Source: a virus
Lineage: Duplodnaviria; Caudoviricetes
Length of the DNA stretch: 31,379 bases
Strand: one strand, 5' to 3'
Virus record (IMG/VR): IMGVR_UViG_3300008255_000328
Location: 1 to 31,379 of that record
The first letter of the stretch is position 1. Each line of letters starts with the position of its first letter. Under the pieces are notes generated by a model, which saw nothing but the letters and a program-made list of their open reading frames with translations, searched no databases and was not told where the DNA came from. This document shows, piece by piece, positions 1 through 9,391 of this stretch. A program made the position numbers and the translations under genes.

Positions 1-1
1 C

Positions 2-94
2 CCACCGATCGACCAGCCCGCCACAAACGAACGCCCCGACTACCTCCCTGTGGAGAACCTAGACGACTACGTCTCGCCTGCTGAGGGATCGTAA
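2..94 (+). CDS. 3' end of upstream gene (partial), probably a head-to-tail/neck protein
   Basis: Frame 2 is open from the window edge (PPIDQPATNERPDY...AEGS*); TAA 92-94 overlaps the next ATG (TAATG). Function from position only. Confidence 0.55.
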   Translation, partial: PPIDQPATNERPDYLPVENLDDYVSPAEGS

Positions 95-588
95 TGAGTC
101 AGTACTTCGACCGCCTGTACGAGGTCACATCAATCCACAACGGATTCCAGCGTGACTACCAGGAGCCCATCGGCACCAGCGTGCAGTGGTACCGCTACCT
201 GGAGGGCACATCGGAGCACCACCCCGTATACGACGAGCCCTTCCCAGGTGGCACCACTGACTGGGCTTCCCCCATCACGGTCCCCGTCCTCGTGGCATTC
301 CAGTACGAGGGTGGGAGCACCCCTGGGGATAGTGGCTTCTACACCACAGACCGTTTAAACGTTACGCTCTCTTCCCGCACGGCTAGGGACTTCGGACTGG
401 GCAACCTCCAGGAAGACCGCACACACCTCAAGGATCGAATCGTCTACCAGAACGTGGTGTTCTCCCCGGAGCAGATCCGAGTCGCCGGTCAGATCGGTGA
501 CTACGAGGTCATCGTCGGTCTGGATTGCGCAGAGGTAGACCCCGACGAACTCGTTAACGCCCCCGACTTCGCAAAGTACGCACGCTAA
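94..588 (+). CDS. putative neck / head-closure protein
   Basis: 164 aa, TAATG-coupled at both ends, two genes before the sheath. Function inferred from synteny. Confidence 0.6.
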   Translation: MSQYFDRLYEVTSIHNGFQRDYQEPIGTSVQWYRYLEGTSEHHPVYDEPFPGGTTDWASPITVPVLVAFQYEGGSTPGDSGFYTTDRLNVTLSSRTARDFGLGNLQEDRTHLKDRIVYQNVVFSPEQIRVAGQIGDYEVIVGLDCAEVDPDELVNAPDFAKYAR

Positions 589-1238
589 TGGCATTCATCC
601 TGGCAGAAGACGCAGCCCTCAAGGAACAACTTGAGGGCATCATGGTGACCGATTCTGCTTCTGCCCAGAACAAGCGCCCGGTGGATGTCAAGTTCTCCTA
701 CCCCGCCAAGGAGCCGTCGGCAAGGGAGTTCCCCTTCATCGTGGTTCAGTTGGCGAGCATCCGGAAGTCCGACTTTCGTGAGATGCGGGGGATCATCCCC
801 TTCCACGCGGACAACTACATCCCCGATGAAGAGGACTGGGCTGACTATCAGCCAGGAGGTGCGAACGAGGGAGAGATCGTCTGGGCTGAGTTTCCTATTC
901 CTCACGACCTGTACTACATCGTCTCTACCTACTCGCGGTATGATTTACATGATCGGGAGATCCAACGCGAACTAATTCGTCGTCGGATCCCGTATCGTGG
1001 TGGTTGGGTACCCGTTGATGAAACGGTGCGAATGCTCCAACTCATCAGCATGCAGACCGCAGACTTCCTCGACAACGAGAAGCGCACCTTCCGCAAGACC
1101 TACACGGTACGACTAGAGAGCGAAGTAGCCCCGGAGATCGCGTACCGCAAGACAGCGGACATTGAAACCATCAACTTGACCACAAAGTGGGGCGTAGACA
1201 TCAACAATCTACGTAACTCCGAAACCATTTCCTTCTAG
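588..1238 (+). CDS. putative tail terminator / tail-completion protein
   Basis: 216 aa directly upstream of the sheath; segments 'FPFIVVQL' and 'DLYYIVSTYSRY..HDREI' resemble tail-terminator proteins. Confidence 0.6.
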   Translation: MAFILAEDAALKEQLEGIMVTDSASAQNKRPVDVKFSYPAKEPSAREFPFIVVQLASIRKSDFREMRGIIPFHADNYIPDEEDWADYQPGGANEGEIVWAEFPIPHDLYYIVSTYSRYDLHDREIQRELIRRRIPYRGGWVPVDETVRMLQLISMQTADFLDNEKRTFRKTYTVRLESEVAPEIAYRKTADIETINLTTKWGVDINNLRNSETISF

Positions 1239-1251
1239 GAGAGAAAGATAA

Positions 1252-2787
1252 ATGACGACTGCACTGGCCCGTCCGGGTACGTACATCACCGAAACCTTGC
1301 TGCCTGGTCGCGTAACCACGGGACCGCAGTCTCCTCCTGTGGCCTTCGTCCAGGAAGCGTTCCGGGGACCCACCACTTTCACTCGCATCACCTCGTGGAC
1401 TGAGTACACCAAGTACTTCGGTGCCTTCGAAGGTAGCGACAGTTTCCTCCCGTACTCCGTGTTCTCGTTCTTCCAGAATGGTGGCCGTGAGGCGTACATT
1501 GCACGTGTCGTTGGTGCCAACGGCGCGGTGGCTGCTGCTCCGGTGCTCCAGGACCGCAACACCGCTGTCACCACCAACGCACCTGCGGGTGCGGCACAGG
1601 ACATCCTCCTGGTCGAGGCACTGAACATCGGTGTATGGGGGAACGACTTAACCTTATCGGTGGCTGATGGCACCGACGAGGGGTTGTTCACCCTGTTGAT
1701 CAAGTTCCAGGGAACCGGGGACGCGGCGACCGTGGAGCGTTGGATTGACCTGTCAACCGACCCCTCACACCCCCGCTTTGTGGAGTCCGTTGTCAATGGG
1801 AACAGTACTTACATCAAGGCGACTGTAGACGTCAACAACGACACCGCTGAGCCGAACAACATTCCCGCTGTTCAGTCAGACACTCCCTTTGTCGGTGGAC
1901 TGGATGGGAACACCCCAACCGCAGCCGAGCAACTAGCCACTGTGGAGCAGTTAGACGCGATCGAGCAGCCGGTCATCCTCGTGGTGCCTGGTGAGTTCAC
2001 TGCAAGCAACGTCAATGGGATCATTAGTTACGCACAGGGCCGCGATGACATCTTCTACATCGCGGATGTCCCCCCTGCCCAGAGCCCTTCGGCTGTCATC
2101 ACCTACGCGGACAGCCTGACGCGCAACTCCCACGCAGCCATCTACTACCCATGGGTGAAGATGCCTGACCCGAACTCCACCGCGCGTGGTGCAACCAAGT
2201 TGGTACCACCCTCGGGCATGGTGGCCGGTCAGTACGTCACCACTGACCTGACTCGCGGAGTGTTCAAGACCCCTGCGGGTGTTGGGAACCTTCTGTCTGG
2301 TGTCGTGGATGTTGAGGTCAAGCCAACTGCGGACCAGTTGGGAAACCTGAACCTGGCTGGAGTCAACGCGATCCGCGTTCTGACCGGTCGCGGGATCGCT
2401 GTTTACGGTGGTCGTACGCTCCGCAAGACCAACGAGGTAGACCGCTACATCGGTCCGCGTCGAACCCTGATCTACCTGAAGCGTGCGTCCCGTGAACTAC
2501 TGGAGTTCGCACACTTCGAGAACAACGATTCCCGTCTTCGTAGTCGGGTGACCACCGACCTGACCAAGTTCCTCAAGGACTTGTGGCAGGCAGGCGGTCT
2601 TGCTGGTGGGAGCGCGAATGAAGCGTTCTACGTCCTGTGCGATGAGAGCAACAACACCGACATCACAATCGAGCAGGGTATCCTGAATGTTGAAATCGGT
2701 GTCGCCCTACAGTACCCAGCAGAATTCGTTGTGGTGACTCTGACCCAGATCCGTGCAGGTGGAACCACCACCGGCGATAACATCTAA
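1252..2787 (+). CDS. contractile tail sheath protein
   Basis: RPGTYITE N-terminus, 'ITSWTEYTKYFG', 'FFQNGGREAYIARV', 'YYPWV', 'VPPSGMVAG', 'GVFKTPAG', 'LNVEIGVALQYPAEFVVV'; RBS AGGAG upstream. Confidence 0.97.
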   Translation: MTTALARPGTYITETLLPGRVTTGPQSPPVAFVQEAFRGPTTFTRITSWTEYTKYFGAFEGSDSFLPYSVFSFFQNGGREAYIARVVGANGAVAAAPVLQDRNTAVTTNAPAGAAQDILLVEALNIGVWGNDLTLSVADGTDEGLFTLLIKFQGTGDAATVERWIDLSTDPSHPRFVESVVNGNSTYIKATVDVNNDTAEPNNIPAVQSDTPFVGGLDGNTPTAAEQLATVEQLDAIEQPVILVVPGEFTASNVNGIISYAQGRDDIFYIADVPPAQSPSAVITYADSLTRNSHAAIYYPWVKMPDPNSTARGATKLVPPSGMVAGQYVTTDLTRGVFKTPAGVGNLLSGVVDVEVKPTADQLGNLNLAGVNAIRVLTGRGIAVYGGRTLRKTNEVDRYIGPRRTLIYLKRASRELLEFAHFENNDSRLRSRVTTDLTKFLKDLWQAGGLAGGSANEAFYVLCDESNNTDITIEQGILNVEIGVALQYPAEFVVVTLTQIRAGGTTTGDNI

Positions 2788-2800
2788 GGACTAGGTACTA

Positions 2801-3406
2801 ATGCCACAGACGATTTATGATCACCGCTCGAAGGGCAACCTTTCGACTGATCCCGTCCGTAACTTCAAGTTCATCGTGGACATTGGTCATCCATCGTTCC
2901 AGGGAATGAACAACGCAGAGTTGCGCTTCGGGTTCATGGGCGTATCTGGACTGAACGTCAACATCGAAGAGATCCCCTACCGCGAGGGCGGGAACAACGT
3001 CACTCCTCGGAAGATGCCAGGCCAGGCCAACTACTCCAACCTGACCTTCACCCAGGGCGTCATCCTGGGTCGGTTCGCTGGATGGGACTGGTTCCAGGAC
3101 ATCTTCGACGTCGTACAGGGACGACCTCTGGGTGGTGGTTCCAACCGTGAGGCTGACTTCCGGGTGGACATGTACATCCACGTCCTGGCACATCCGTCGG
3201 GCCGTCGAGGAGCCAACCAGGCCAACTCCCTGCTGTCGTTCAAGGTCTTCAACGCTTGGCCGACCAGCATCGCCTTCAGCGACCTTGACGCTGGTGGTAA
3301 CGCCGTAGTCGTCAACCAGATGGTTCTAGCCCACGAGGGCTGGGTGCCGCTGCTTGCCGCCGACTACAACGATGACCAGGTAAGCCGGATCGCGCAGATC
3401 GCGTAA
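2801..3406 (+). CDS. tail tube protein (T4 gp19-like, Afp1/Pvc1 type)
   Basis: 'DPVRNFKFIV', 'YREGGNN..PRKMPGQANYSNLTF', 'FNAWPT...DLDAGGNAV....LAHEG'; follows the sheath. Confidence 0.95.
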   Translation: MPQTIYDHRSKGNLSTDPVRNFKFIVDIGHPSFQGMNNAELRFGFMGVSGLNVNIEEIPYREGGNNVTPRKMPGQANYSNLTFTQGVILGRFAGWDWFQDIFDVVQGRPLGGGSNREADFRVDMYIHVLAHPSGRRGANQANSLLSFKVFNAWPTSIAFSDLDAGGNAVVVNQMVLAHEGWVPLLAADYNDDQVSRIAQIA

Positions 3407-3447
3407 TCTTGCTCTAGTTACACGCACAACTCAATAGGAGACACAAC

Positions 3448-4338
3448 GTGAGTAAGGACATCCCATTCAACATGGGAACAGCAGAAGGCGCGCAGGTCGT
3501 AGACCCTGACCAGATCGGTCTGGAGGACATCGACCCGTCCCAGGCAAACGCACTCGCTCAGAAGGCGATGAAGGCGGCAGAGGAACCAGATGAGCGGGCT
3601 GAACACCCGATCATTGACCTTCCTCCGGACGGGTCGGTGGACCTCCTTGTAGGCGTTCCCGTCAAGGGAGAGATGGCATTCACCGCTGTCGTTCGTGAAC
3701 TGACCGGTGAGGACGAGGAGTTCCTGGCGCAGCCTGCGAACACCAAGACCGCACTGCGGTACATGAAGGCCATCCTTGAGCGCGCGCTCGTACGCCTGGG
3801 TGACCACAAGGTGAGTGCGTACACCATCCAGGACATCACGCTGGCTGACGCGGATGTCATCGTCCGTGCGGTACGCCAGGTGACCTTCGGCAACGAGATC
3901 CGTTTAAACGATCTGGTCTGTCCTGCCTGTGAGTACGAGATGGACGTCTCCTACGATCTCACCGAGGATGTTCCTGTAAAGAAGCCTCTGGGGGAAAAGG
4001 GACAGCAGGTCTACGAATTCACCACGGAGGACGGCAAGAAGGTCAAGTTCCGTCTGCCGACCCTGGGTGATCAGACCAAGGTGGTGGATGCTGATGTGTC
4101 CAACATCGCGGAGGCGAACACCCTCCTCCTGACCGAGATCATCGACAGCATCGATAACGTCCCCATCACCCGCGCTGCGGATGTCCGGAACATGTCCATG
4201 CGGCTCCGTCGTGAGATCGTTCGTGAGGTGGACCGTGTCAATCCCGGCCTGCGCTATCAGGACGTCGAGCACGAATGCTCTTCGTGTGGGATGAAGTTCC
4301 CACTGGTCCTGTCCACAGCGGACCTCTTTCGCCTCTAG
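3448..4338 (+). CDS. tail assembly chaperone (T4 baseplate protein-like, two CxxC motifs)
   Basis: 'VRELTGEDEEFL', 'RAVRQVTFG', CPAC and CSSC motifs, 'FRLPT..DQ'; lies between tube and tape measure; RBS AGGAG then GTG start. Confidence 0.85.
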   Translation: MSKDIPFNMGTAEGAQVVDPDQIGLEDIDPSQANALAQKAMKAAEEPDERAEHPIIDLPPDGSVDLLVGVPVKGEMAFTAVVRELTGEDEEFLAQPANTKTALRYMKAILERALVRLGDHKVSAYTIQDITLADADVIVRAVRQVTFGNEIRLNDLVCPACEYEMDVSYDLTEDVPVKKPLGEKGQQVYEFTTEDGKKVKFRLPTLGDQTKVVDADVSNIAEANTLLLTEIIDSIDNVPITRAADVRNMSMRLRREIVREVDRVNPGLRYQDVEHECSSCGMKFPLVLSTADLFRL

Positions 4339-4507
4339 TAATTACCGCTTCATCCAGATCGAGTACGAGGCCATCGCCCGCGTCTTCCAGGGCTGGTCAC
4401 TATTGGAGATCAAGCAACTAACAAGTCGAGAGCGAAAGTACTGGGTAAAGGCGAGTCATCATCGCGCGTACAATGCCCAAAAAGCCTTTGATAACGCTCT
4501 GGACTAA
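4328..4507 (+). CDS. start-less small ORF: probable +1 frameshift extension of the tail chaperone (DUF6760-like)
   Basis: Reads FASSNYRFIQIEYEAIARVFQGWSLLEIKQLTSRERKYWVKA...NALD*; no ATG/GTG/TTG between the in-frame stop at 4292-4294 and the conserved-looking core. Confidence 0.75.
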   Translation, partial: FASSNYRFIQIEYEAIARVFQGWSLLEIKQLTSRERKYWVKASHHRAYNAQKAFDNALD

Positions 4508-4510
4508 TTC

Positions 4511-7500
4511 ATGGTCACATCTAATGAACCTAATCTCTCCCGACACGGGGAGATGGAACTCGTAGACAGCGCTCTCCAGCGGCCCGCCCAATTCGATGGC
4601 GGGTCGCGTGGTCTTTCCTACAGCTTCGAGTCGACGAGCAAGTCTATTGACGAAGTATTGGATAAGACTGAAAAGCTGACCAAGCACATCTCTGGTCAGG
4701 GTATGAGTGCTCTGGAGAAGTGGACCAAGAAGGTCAAGGAACTCGCTGAGTACACCAAGGATCTCGCTGAGCACCAGGCCAAGTACGCAGGGGTCGCGGG
4801 CTTCGGGGGATCAACAGGTGGTGGAGGGGGCAACGGGGGCTCCGGGTCCACCGCTGGTCTTCCTGTGCCCGGAGGCGGGAACAACAACGGTGGGCACGGG
4901 GGAACCACCGCCACTGTCATCGGGGTCCAGCGCACCAATGGTGGAGGACGTGGTGGAGGACCTGGTGGTCCCGATGGGCCTAACCTCTCAGGCCCTAGTT
5001 GGTCTGACCGTTTCCGCTCGTACCTGAGCACTCCTCAGGGACGTGCTGTCGCGGGGACAACAGCCGCTGTCCTGGGTACGGCTGCGGTGGCGGGAGTGGC
5101 GTACAACAACGCTCAGGACCATGTGATCGCGGGCGACCTGCTGTACAACCAGATCGGTTCGTACTCAGCGGGGGCGCGGGGGAACGGTGGGCTGACTCCG
5201 GGGTCGATGGTTCGTCAGGATCGTGACCGTGCACGTGACCTGTTCGCGGACAACCCACGGATGAACCGTGGATTCAGCGGCGAGGAAGAGTTCGTCAATT
5301 CCGTCCAGGGGCTCCGTAACGGCGGGATCGGTGCGTACACGGGGATCGGTGCCAACGGCGGGATCGGGGGCAACCTTGCGACGGCTACCCAGACCGCATC
5401 GAACATCGCCACGATCACCGGGATCTCGGGTGCCCAGGCATCCCAGGCTGCGCCAGGGCTCTACTCTGCAACCGCGTCCCACGCGCTGCGCGCGAACGGT
5501 ATCTCCAACATGTCCAATGGGCAGTTGCGCAGTGACACTGACATCGCGCGGGACGTCGCACGAAAGATCGCGAACACCGCGCAGTTACGTGGACAGAACA
5601 TCCGTAACCCTCGTGTACAGAACGGGATCATCAACGCCCTGATGACCGAGGGCACTCCCGCGTCTCGTGGTCTAGCCGAGGTTACCGGTGGCGTGGGGAC
5701 TCCCCTCCACCAGGCCGTGGTGGAGCAGATCCGTGGGAACTTCCAGACCAACTTCAACTACAACCCCACCCGCCAGGGTGACCGTGACAGCACCGGTACC
5801 GGCACCTCACTCGTCAACTCCGTGCAGGGAGCGGGCGCAGAGCGTACCGCACGTCAGTCTGCCTTCTCCCAGGCGATGACCGACGATGTCGCACGTACCC
5901 AGGGCTTCCTGGAGGACGTCAACCGCTTCAACGAGGAGAGCGGACTAGCAGCGGGACTGGGTAACGTCACAGGTGTCCTGGGACCGCTGGGTGACGCCAT
6001 CGGGCGTGTCACCGGACTGCTGAACACCTTCGGTATCGCACTCCTGGCATGGCAGGGAATGGGAAGAGGACGTGGTCCTGGTGGGGGGCCGACTCCTGCG
6101 CCCGTCCCCGGTCGTAACGGTCCGCGTGGCCCACGTGGTGGTCCTCGTGGTGGGGGCCTCGGTGGTCCTGCCATCGCCGTGGCAAGCGGTGTCCTTGCTG
6201 GTGGGAACATCGGTACCGCTGCGTACAACAACTCCGAGGGCTACCGGAACTTCATCGATGACAACTACGTCGGCCATGACGACCACTTCGGGCTCACCGA
6301 GCAGGTCGTCGGTCGTGCAGGTGCGTTGTTCACCGGCAACTTCCGTACGGCTTTCTCTGGTCTGTCAAGTGACGCATACCGGAATGCACTAACCAACTCC
6401 GGTGGTGGCATGATCGAATCGGTCACCACTGCGGGACGTAACATCGGTGACCCCCCACTGTCTGGTTCCACTCGGATGGACCCACGACTGCGTCAGGGAA
6501 TCGGCGCGCTGATGCAGATGAACCCTCGTCTGCGTTTAAACAGCGGCGCGCGTTCTTCGGGTGAGCAGGCATCCCTGTTCAGCAAGGGTGTGACCAACGT
6601 ACCGCCGGGTCACCAGGAGTCTCGTCACGAGCGTGGTCTTGCTGCTGACATCGGGCCGTCCACCGAACTTGGATGGCTCCAGGAGAACGCGCCCAAGGTG
6701 GGACTGGAGTTCCCCCACCGTGGAGAGCCGTGGCACGTCGAGGTCGCCGGTACCCGTAACGACTTCTCGCGCTACCGCTCAGAGCATGGCGGTGGAAGTG
6801 AAGGAAACCCTCCTCCGCTGGAGACGTCCGGGGGCAATCCGTTCAACCTTCCGAACTACCCTGTCCCTGCGTCCATGCAGCGGTCAGAGACTGGGTCGGT
6901 TCTGGCTGCCTATCTGCGCACCGCGTTCGGTGAGGGCGAGGCACGGATCACCAGTGCGTATCGTCCTGGGTCCACCACCGCATCAGGGAACGTCTCCAAC
7001 CACCGCTCAGCGCGCGCTATCGACATCGCTGGTCCAACCCCCACCCGCGCCGGTTGGGGTGACTCAAGCCTGCGCCGGATCTTCCAGCACTTCTGGCGGA
7101 TCAAGGGCCACCTGCGTGAACTGATCCTGTCGGGCGTTCCGGACAACCAGAAGTGGATCACGAGCGGTCAGGAGAATCCTCCGAACAAGTCGGGGACCGC
7201 ATGGCGTGACCACTGGAACCACGTCCACGTCGCCACCCACAACCGCAACCTTCCCTTCGTCGGGGCGATGCTTCCTGAGGGGTCGGCTGACAGCAGCACA
7301 GTCCAACAGGGCAGTGGTGGTGGAGGGACGCGGAACGCTCCCTCATCGATGTACGGATCCGTCAGCGAGGCTGAGGCGACCGCGTCTCTGCTCTCCGGTG
7401 GACGCACCCGTGAAGGTGGTGTGGTCAACAACTCCACCACAGGTGCAGGGCGTCGTGCTGCCGTGGGGTCTGATGGTGGAATTGAGCAGTTCCTCTCTGG

Positions 7501-8128
7501 TCTGCGCCAGGTGGAATCGTCCAACAACTACACCGCCCGTAACCCGAACTCATCAGCCACGGGTGCCTACCAGTACCTCAAGAGAACGTGGAACAACTAC
7601 GCGGGCTACCGTGAGGCTGCTGCTGCACCGCCTGAGATCCAGGACCGGCGCGCCCGTGAAGACCGTATGCGCGCATACCAGAAGTACGGCAACTGGCGTG
7701 CGGCTGCGGTGGACCACATCTACCCGGCCTACGCCGACGACCCCGCAGAGTGGGACATCACCCTGCCAGGTGCCAACGCTGGACACACCGGGAACACCTA
7801 CGCCAGCAAGGTGTTGGACGCTGCTGGGATGGTCGGTGACCCGCCTCTTCCCGAGATGCCTACCGGGATCTCCTCACCAAGCGGCGGCAATGTCTCGGTG
7901 ATGGCGGGGGATCCCATCCTCAGCGTCGGTGGTGGAATGACCATGGGATCCGGAGTCGGACACGAAGGTTCACGTGGCGGTGGAGGGCACGGAGGAAAGT
8001 GCATCCACATCTCGAACCTGGCGATCCACGCGCAACTACCGAACGGCGAAGAGATCGTACGTATGATTGAGGCAGTCGATGCTCACGCAGAGCGTCGTCA
8101 CGCCGTCAACGAACTAGCGAGCATGTAA
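4511..8128 (+). CDS. tape measure protein with two M15-type peptidase domains and a transglycosylase-like domain
   Basis: 1205 aa, Gly/Ala-rich, after the chaperone; 'SGARS..EQ..SRHERGLAADI..EPWHVE', 'ITSAYRPG..SNH..RAIDI..HWNHVHV', 'QVESSNNYTA.N..SSATGAYQY...TW'. Confidence 0.9.
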   Translation: MVTSNEPNLSRHGEMELVDSALQRPAQFDGGSRGLSYSFESTSKSIDEVLDKTEKLTKHISGQGMSALEKWTKKVKELAEYTKDLAEHQAKYAGVAGFGGSTGGGGGNGGSGSTAGLPVPGGGNNNGGHGGTTATVIGVQRTNGGGRGGGPGGPDGPNLSGPSWSDRFRSYLSTPQGRAVAGTTAAVLGTAAVAGVAYNNAQDHVIAGDLLYNQIGSYSAGARGNGGLTPGSMVRQDRDRARDLFADNPRMNRGFSGEEEFVNSVQGLRNGGIGAYTGIGANGGIGGNLATATQTASNIATITGISGAQASQAAPGLYSATASHALRANGISNMSNGQLRSDTDIARDVARKIANTAQLRGQNIRNPRVQNGIINALMTEGTPASRGLAEVTGGVGTPLHQAVVEQIRGNFQTNFNYNPTRQGDRDSTGTGTSLVNSVQGAGAERTARQSAFSQAMTDDVARTQGFLEDVNRFNEESGLAAGLGNVTGVLGPLGDAIGRVTGLLNTFGIALLAWQGMGRGRGPGGGPTPAPVPGRNGPRGPRGGPRGGGLGGPAIAVASGVLAGGNIGTAAYNNSEGYRNFIDDNYVGHDDHFGLTEQVVGRAGALFTGNFRTAFSGLSSDAYRNALTNSGGGMIESVTTAGRNIGDPPLSGSTRMDPRLRQGIGALMQMNPRLRLNSGARSSGEQASLFSKGVTNVPPGHQESRHERGLAADIGPSTELGWLQENAPKVGLEFPHRGEPWHVEVAGTRNDFSRYRSEHGGGSEGNPPPLETSGGNPFNLPNYPVPASMQRSETGSVLAAYLRTAFGEGEARITSAYRPGSTTASGNVSNHRSARAIDIAGPTPTRAGWGDSSLRRIFQHFWRIKGHLRELILSGVPDNQKWITSGQENPPNKSGTAWRDHWNHVHVATHNRNLPFVGAMLPEGSADSSTVQQGSGGGGTRNAPSSMYGSVSEAEATASLLSGGRTREGGVVNNSTTGAGRRAAVGSDGGIEQFLSGLRQVESSNNYTARNPNSSATGAYQYLKRTWNNYAGYREAAAAPPEIQDRRAREDRMRAYQKYGNWRAAAVDHIYPAYADDPAEWDITLPGANAGHTGNTYASKVLDAAGMVGDPPLPEMPTGISSPSGGNVSVMAGDPILSVGGGMTMGSGVGHEGSRGGGGHGGKCIHISNLAIHAQLPNGEEIVRMIEAVDAHAERRHAVNELASM

Positions 8129-9112
8129 ATGATTCCTGAAGGAACTGGGTCTACCCCGTCGTCTTCACCAAGTCCGGAGGACTCTGGTGCGGGCAGCAAC
8201 GACCCCAATGAGAGCCCTTTCGGTACTGACATCGCGCAGGACTGCATCGGTAAGGGGACCGTTGATGAATCACACGTTGCCTTCAACACCAACGGGCGGG
8301 GAAACAGCGATACCGGGTACGGACCCACTTCCCTGATCACCGGAGCAGGGCGCGGGTCTGGAGGTTTCAGTGGGATCTCTCGTGGTCACATCGTCAACCG
8401 TTGTCCATTCAACACTCGTCTCTACACCAACACAGGTGTGGATGATGACGTGCGCTTCAAGTTCAACTTCCTGTACAACCCCAGCGCGCTGAACATGTCC
8501 ATCAACGTGGACACATCCCTTCAGCCGATCGAGAACCTGGATGAGTTCCAGGCCACCAACTACTTTGGCTCCTCGCAGTCCAACCGCTCATTCTCCTTCG
8601 ACCTGTTCCTGGACCGTACCTTCGAATTGATGGGCGGTGACCACGTGGTCAGTTCCGCCAACCTCGACACGTCCATCACAGAACTCCTGGAGATGGGTCC
8701 TACGCGCCTGGGCGTCTACTACGACATCCTGTACCTCCAGCGCCTGGTGGGGATCTTCGAACGGGGGCAACCCGCCCAGTTCACGCTGGTGGACTTCTAC
8801 TGGTCCAAGTTACGTAACCCCATCGTGTGGACGGGGTACATCACCGGAATCGACATCCACTACACTCACTTCAACCCACGTATGATTCCTATGCGCGCAG
8901 TGGTCAACCTGTCCTTCCAGGAACGCTGGACCAGCAACATCATGTCTAACGACCCCTCTGTGTTCACCACACCGGGTCTGCCTGGGAGTGCTGGTGGTGG
9001 GTCGTCGGGTATCGATGACGCCACAGGTCTGCCGAGCGCGGTCACCAACGGACCTGACCAAGTCACGGACAACGGGTCCAGTGACAATCAGCCAAACGTG
9101 CCGGGGATCTAA
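8129..9112 (+). CDS. tail tube initiator / CIS-tube-like baseplate protein
   Basis: 'FNFLYNPSAL', 'RSFSFDLFLDRT', 'WTGYITGIDIHYTHFN..MIPMRAVVNLSFQE'; sits between tape measure and LysM gene. Confidence 0.75.
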   Translation: MIPEGTGSTPSSSPSPEDSGAGSNDPNESPFGTDIAQDCIGKGTVDESHVAFNTNGRGNSDTGYGPTSLITGAGRGSGGFSGISRGHIVNRCPFNTRLYTNTGVDDDVRFKFNFLYNPSALNMSINVDTSLQPIENLDEFQATNYFGSSQSNRSFSFDLFLDRTFELMGGDHVVSSANLDTSITELLEMGPTRLGVYYDILYLQRLVGIFERGQPAQFTLVDFYWSKLRNPIVWTGYITGIDIHYTHFNPRMIPMRAVVNLSFQERWTSNIMSNDPSVFTTPGLPGSAGGGSSGIDDATGLPSAVTNGPDQVTDNGSSDNQPNVPGI

Positions 9113-9391
9113 ATGGCCGTATTCAAGAATTCGCGTTATGAGAACGCAAACCTCTACCGCGTTCTCACTGCTGAGGGTTTCCGTCATCCTGCGCTGTACA
9201 CCAATGACCCATACCCTGATGCTTTCTCGTATCGTCGGTATCAAGTGAAGGCGGGAGATCGAATTGATCTTCTTGCGGAGAAGTTCTATGGGAACTCAAG
9301 TTACTGGTGGGTGATCGCGAATGCAAACCCTGAAGTGTTCTATCCCGAAGATCTCACACCTGGGGACGTAATTAGGATTCCCGTTGCCTAG
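9113..9391 (+). CDS. LysM-like baseplate protein (P2 GpX type)
   Basis: 'YQVKAGDRIDLLAEKFYGNSSYWWVIANANP...LTPGDVIRIP'. Confidence 0.92.
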   Translation: MAVFKNSRYENANLYRVLTAEGFRHPALYTNDPYPDAFSYRRYQVKAGDRIDLLAEKFYGNSSYWWVIANANPEVFYPEDLTPGDVIRIPVA

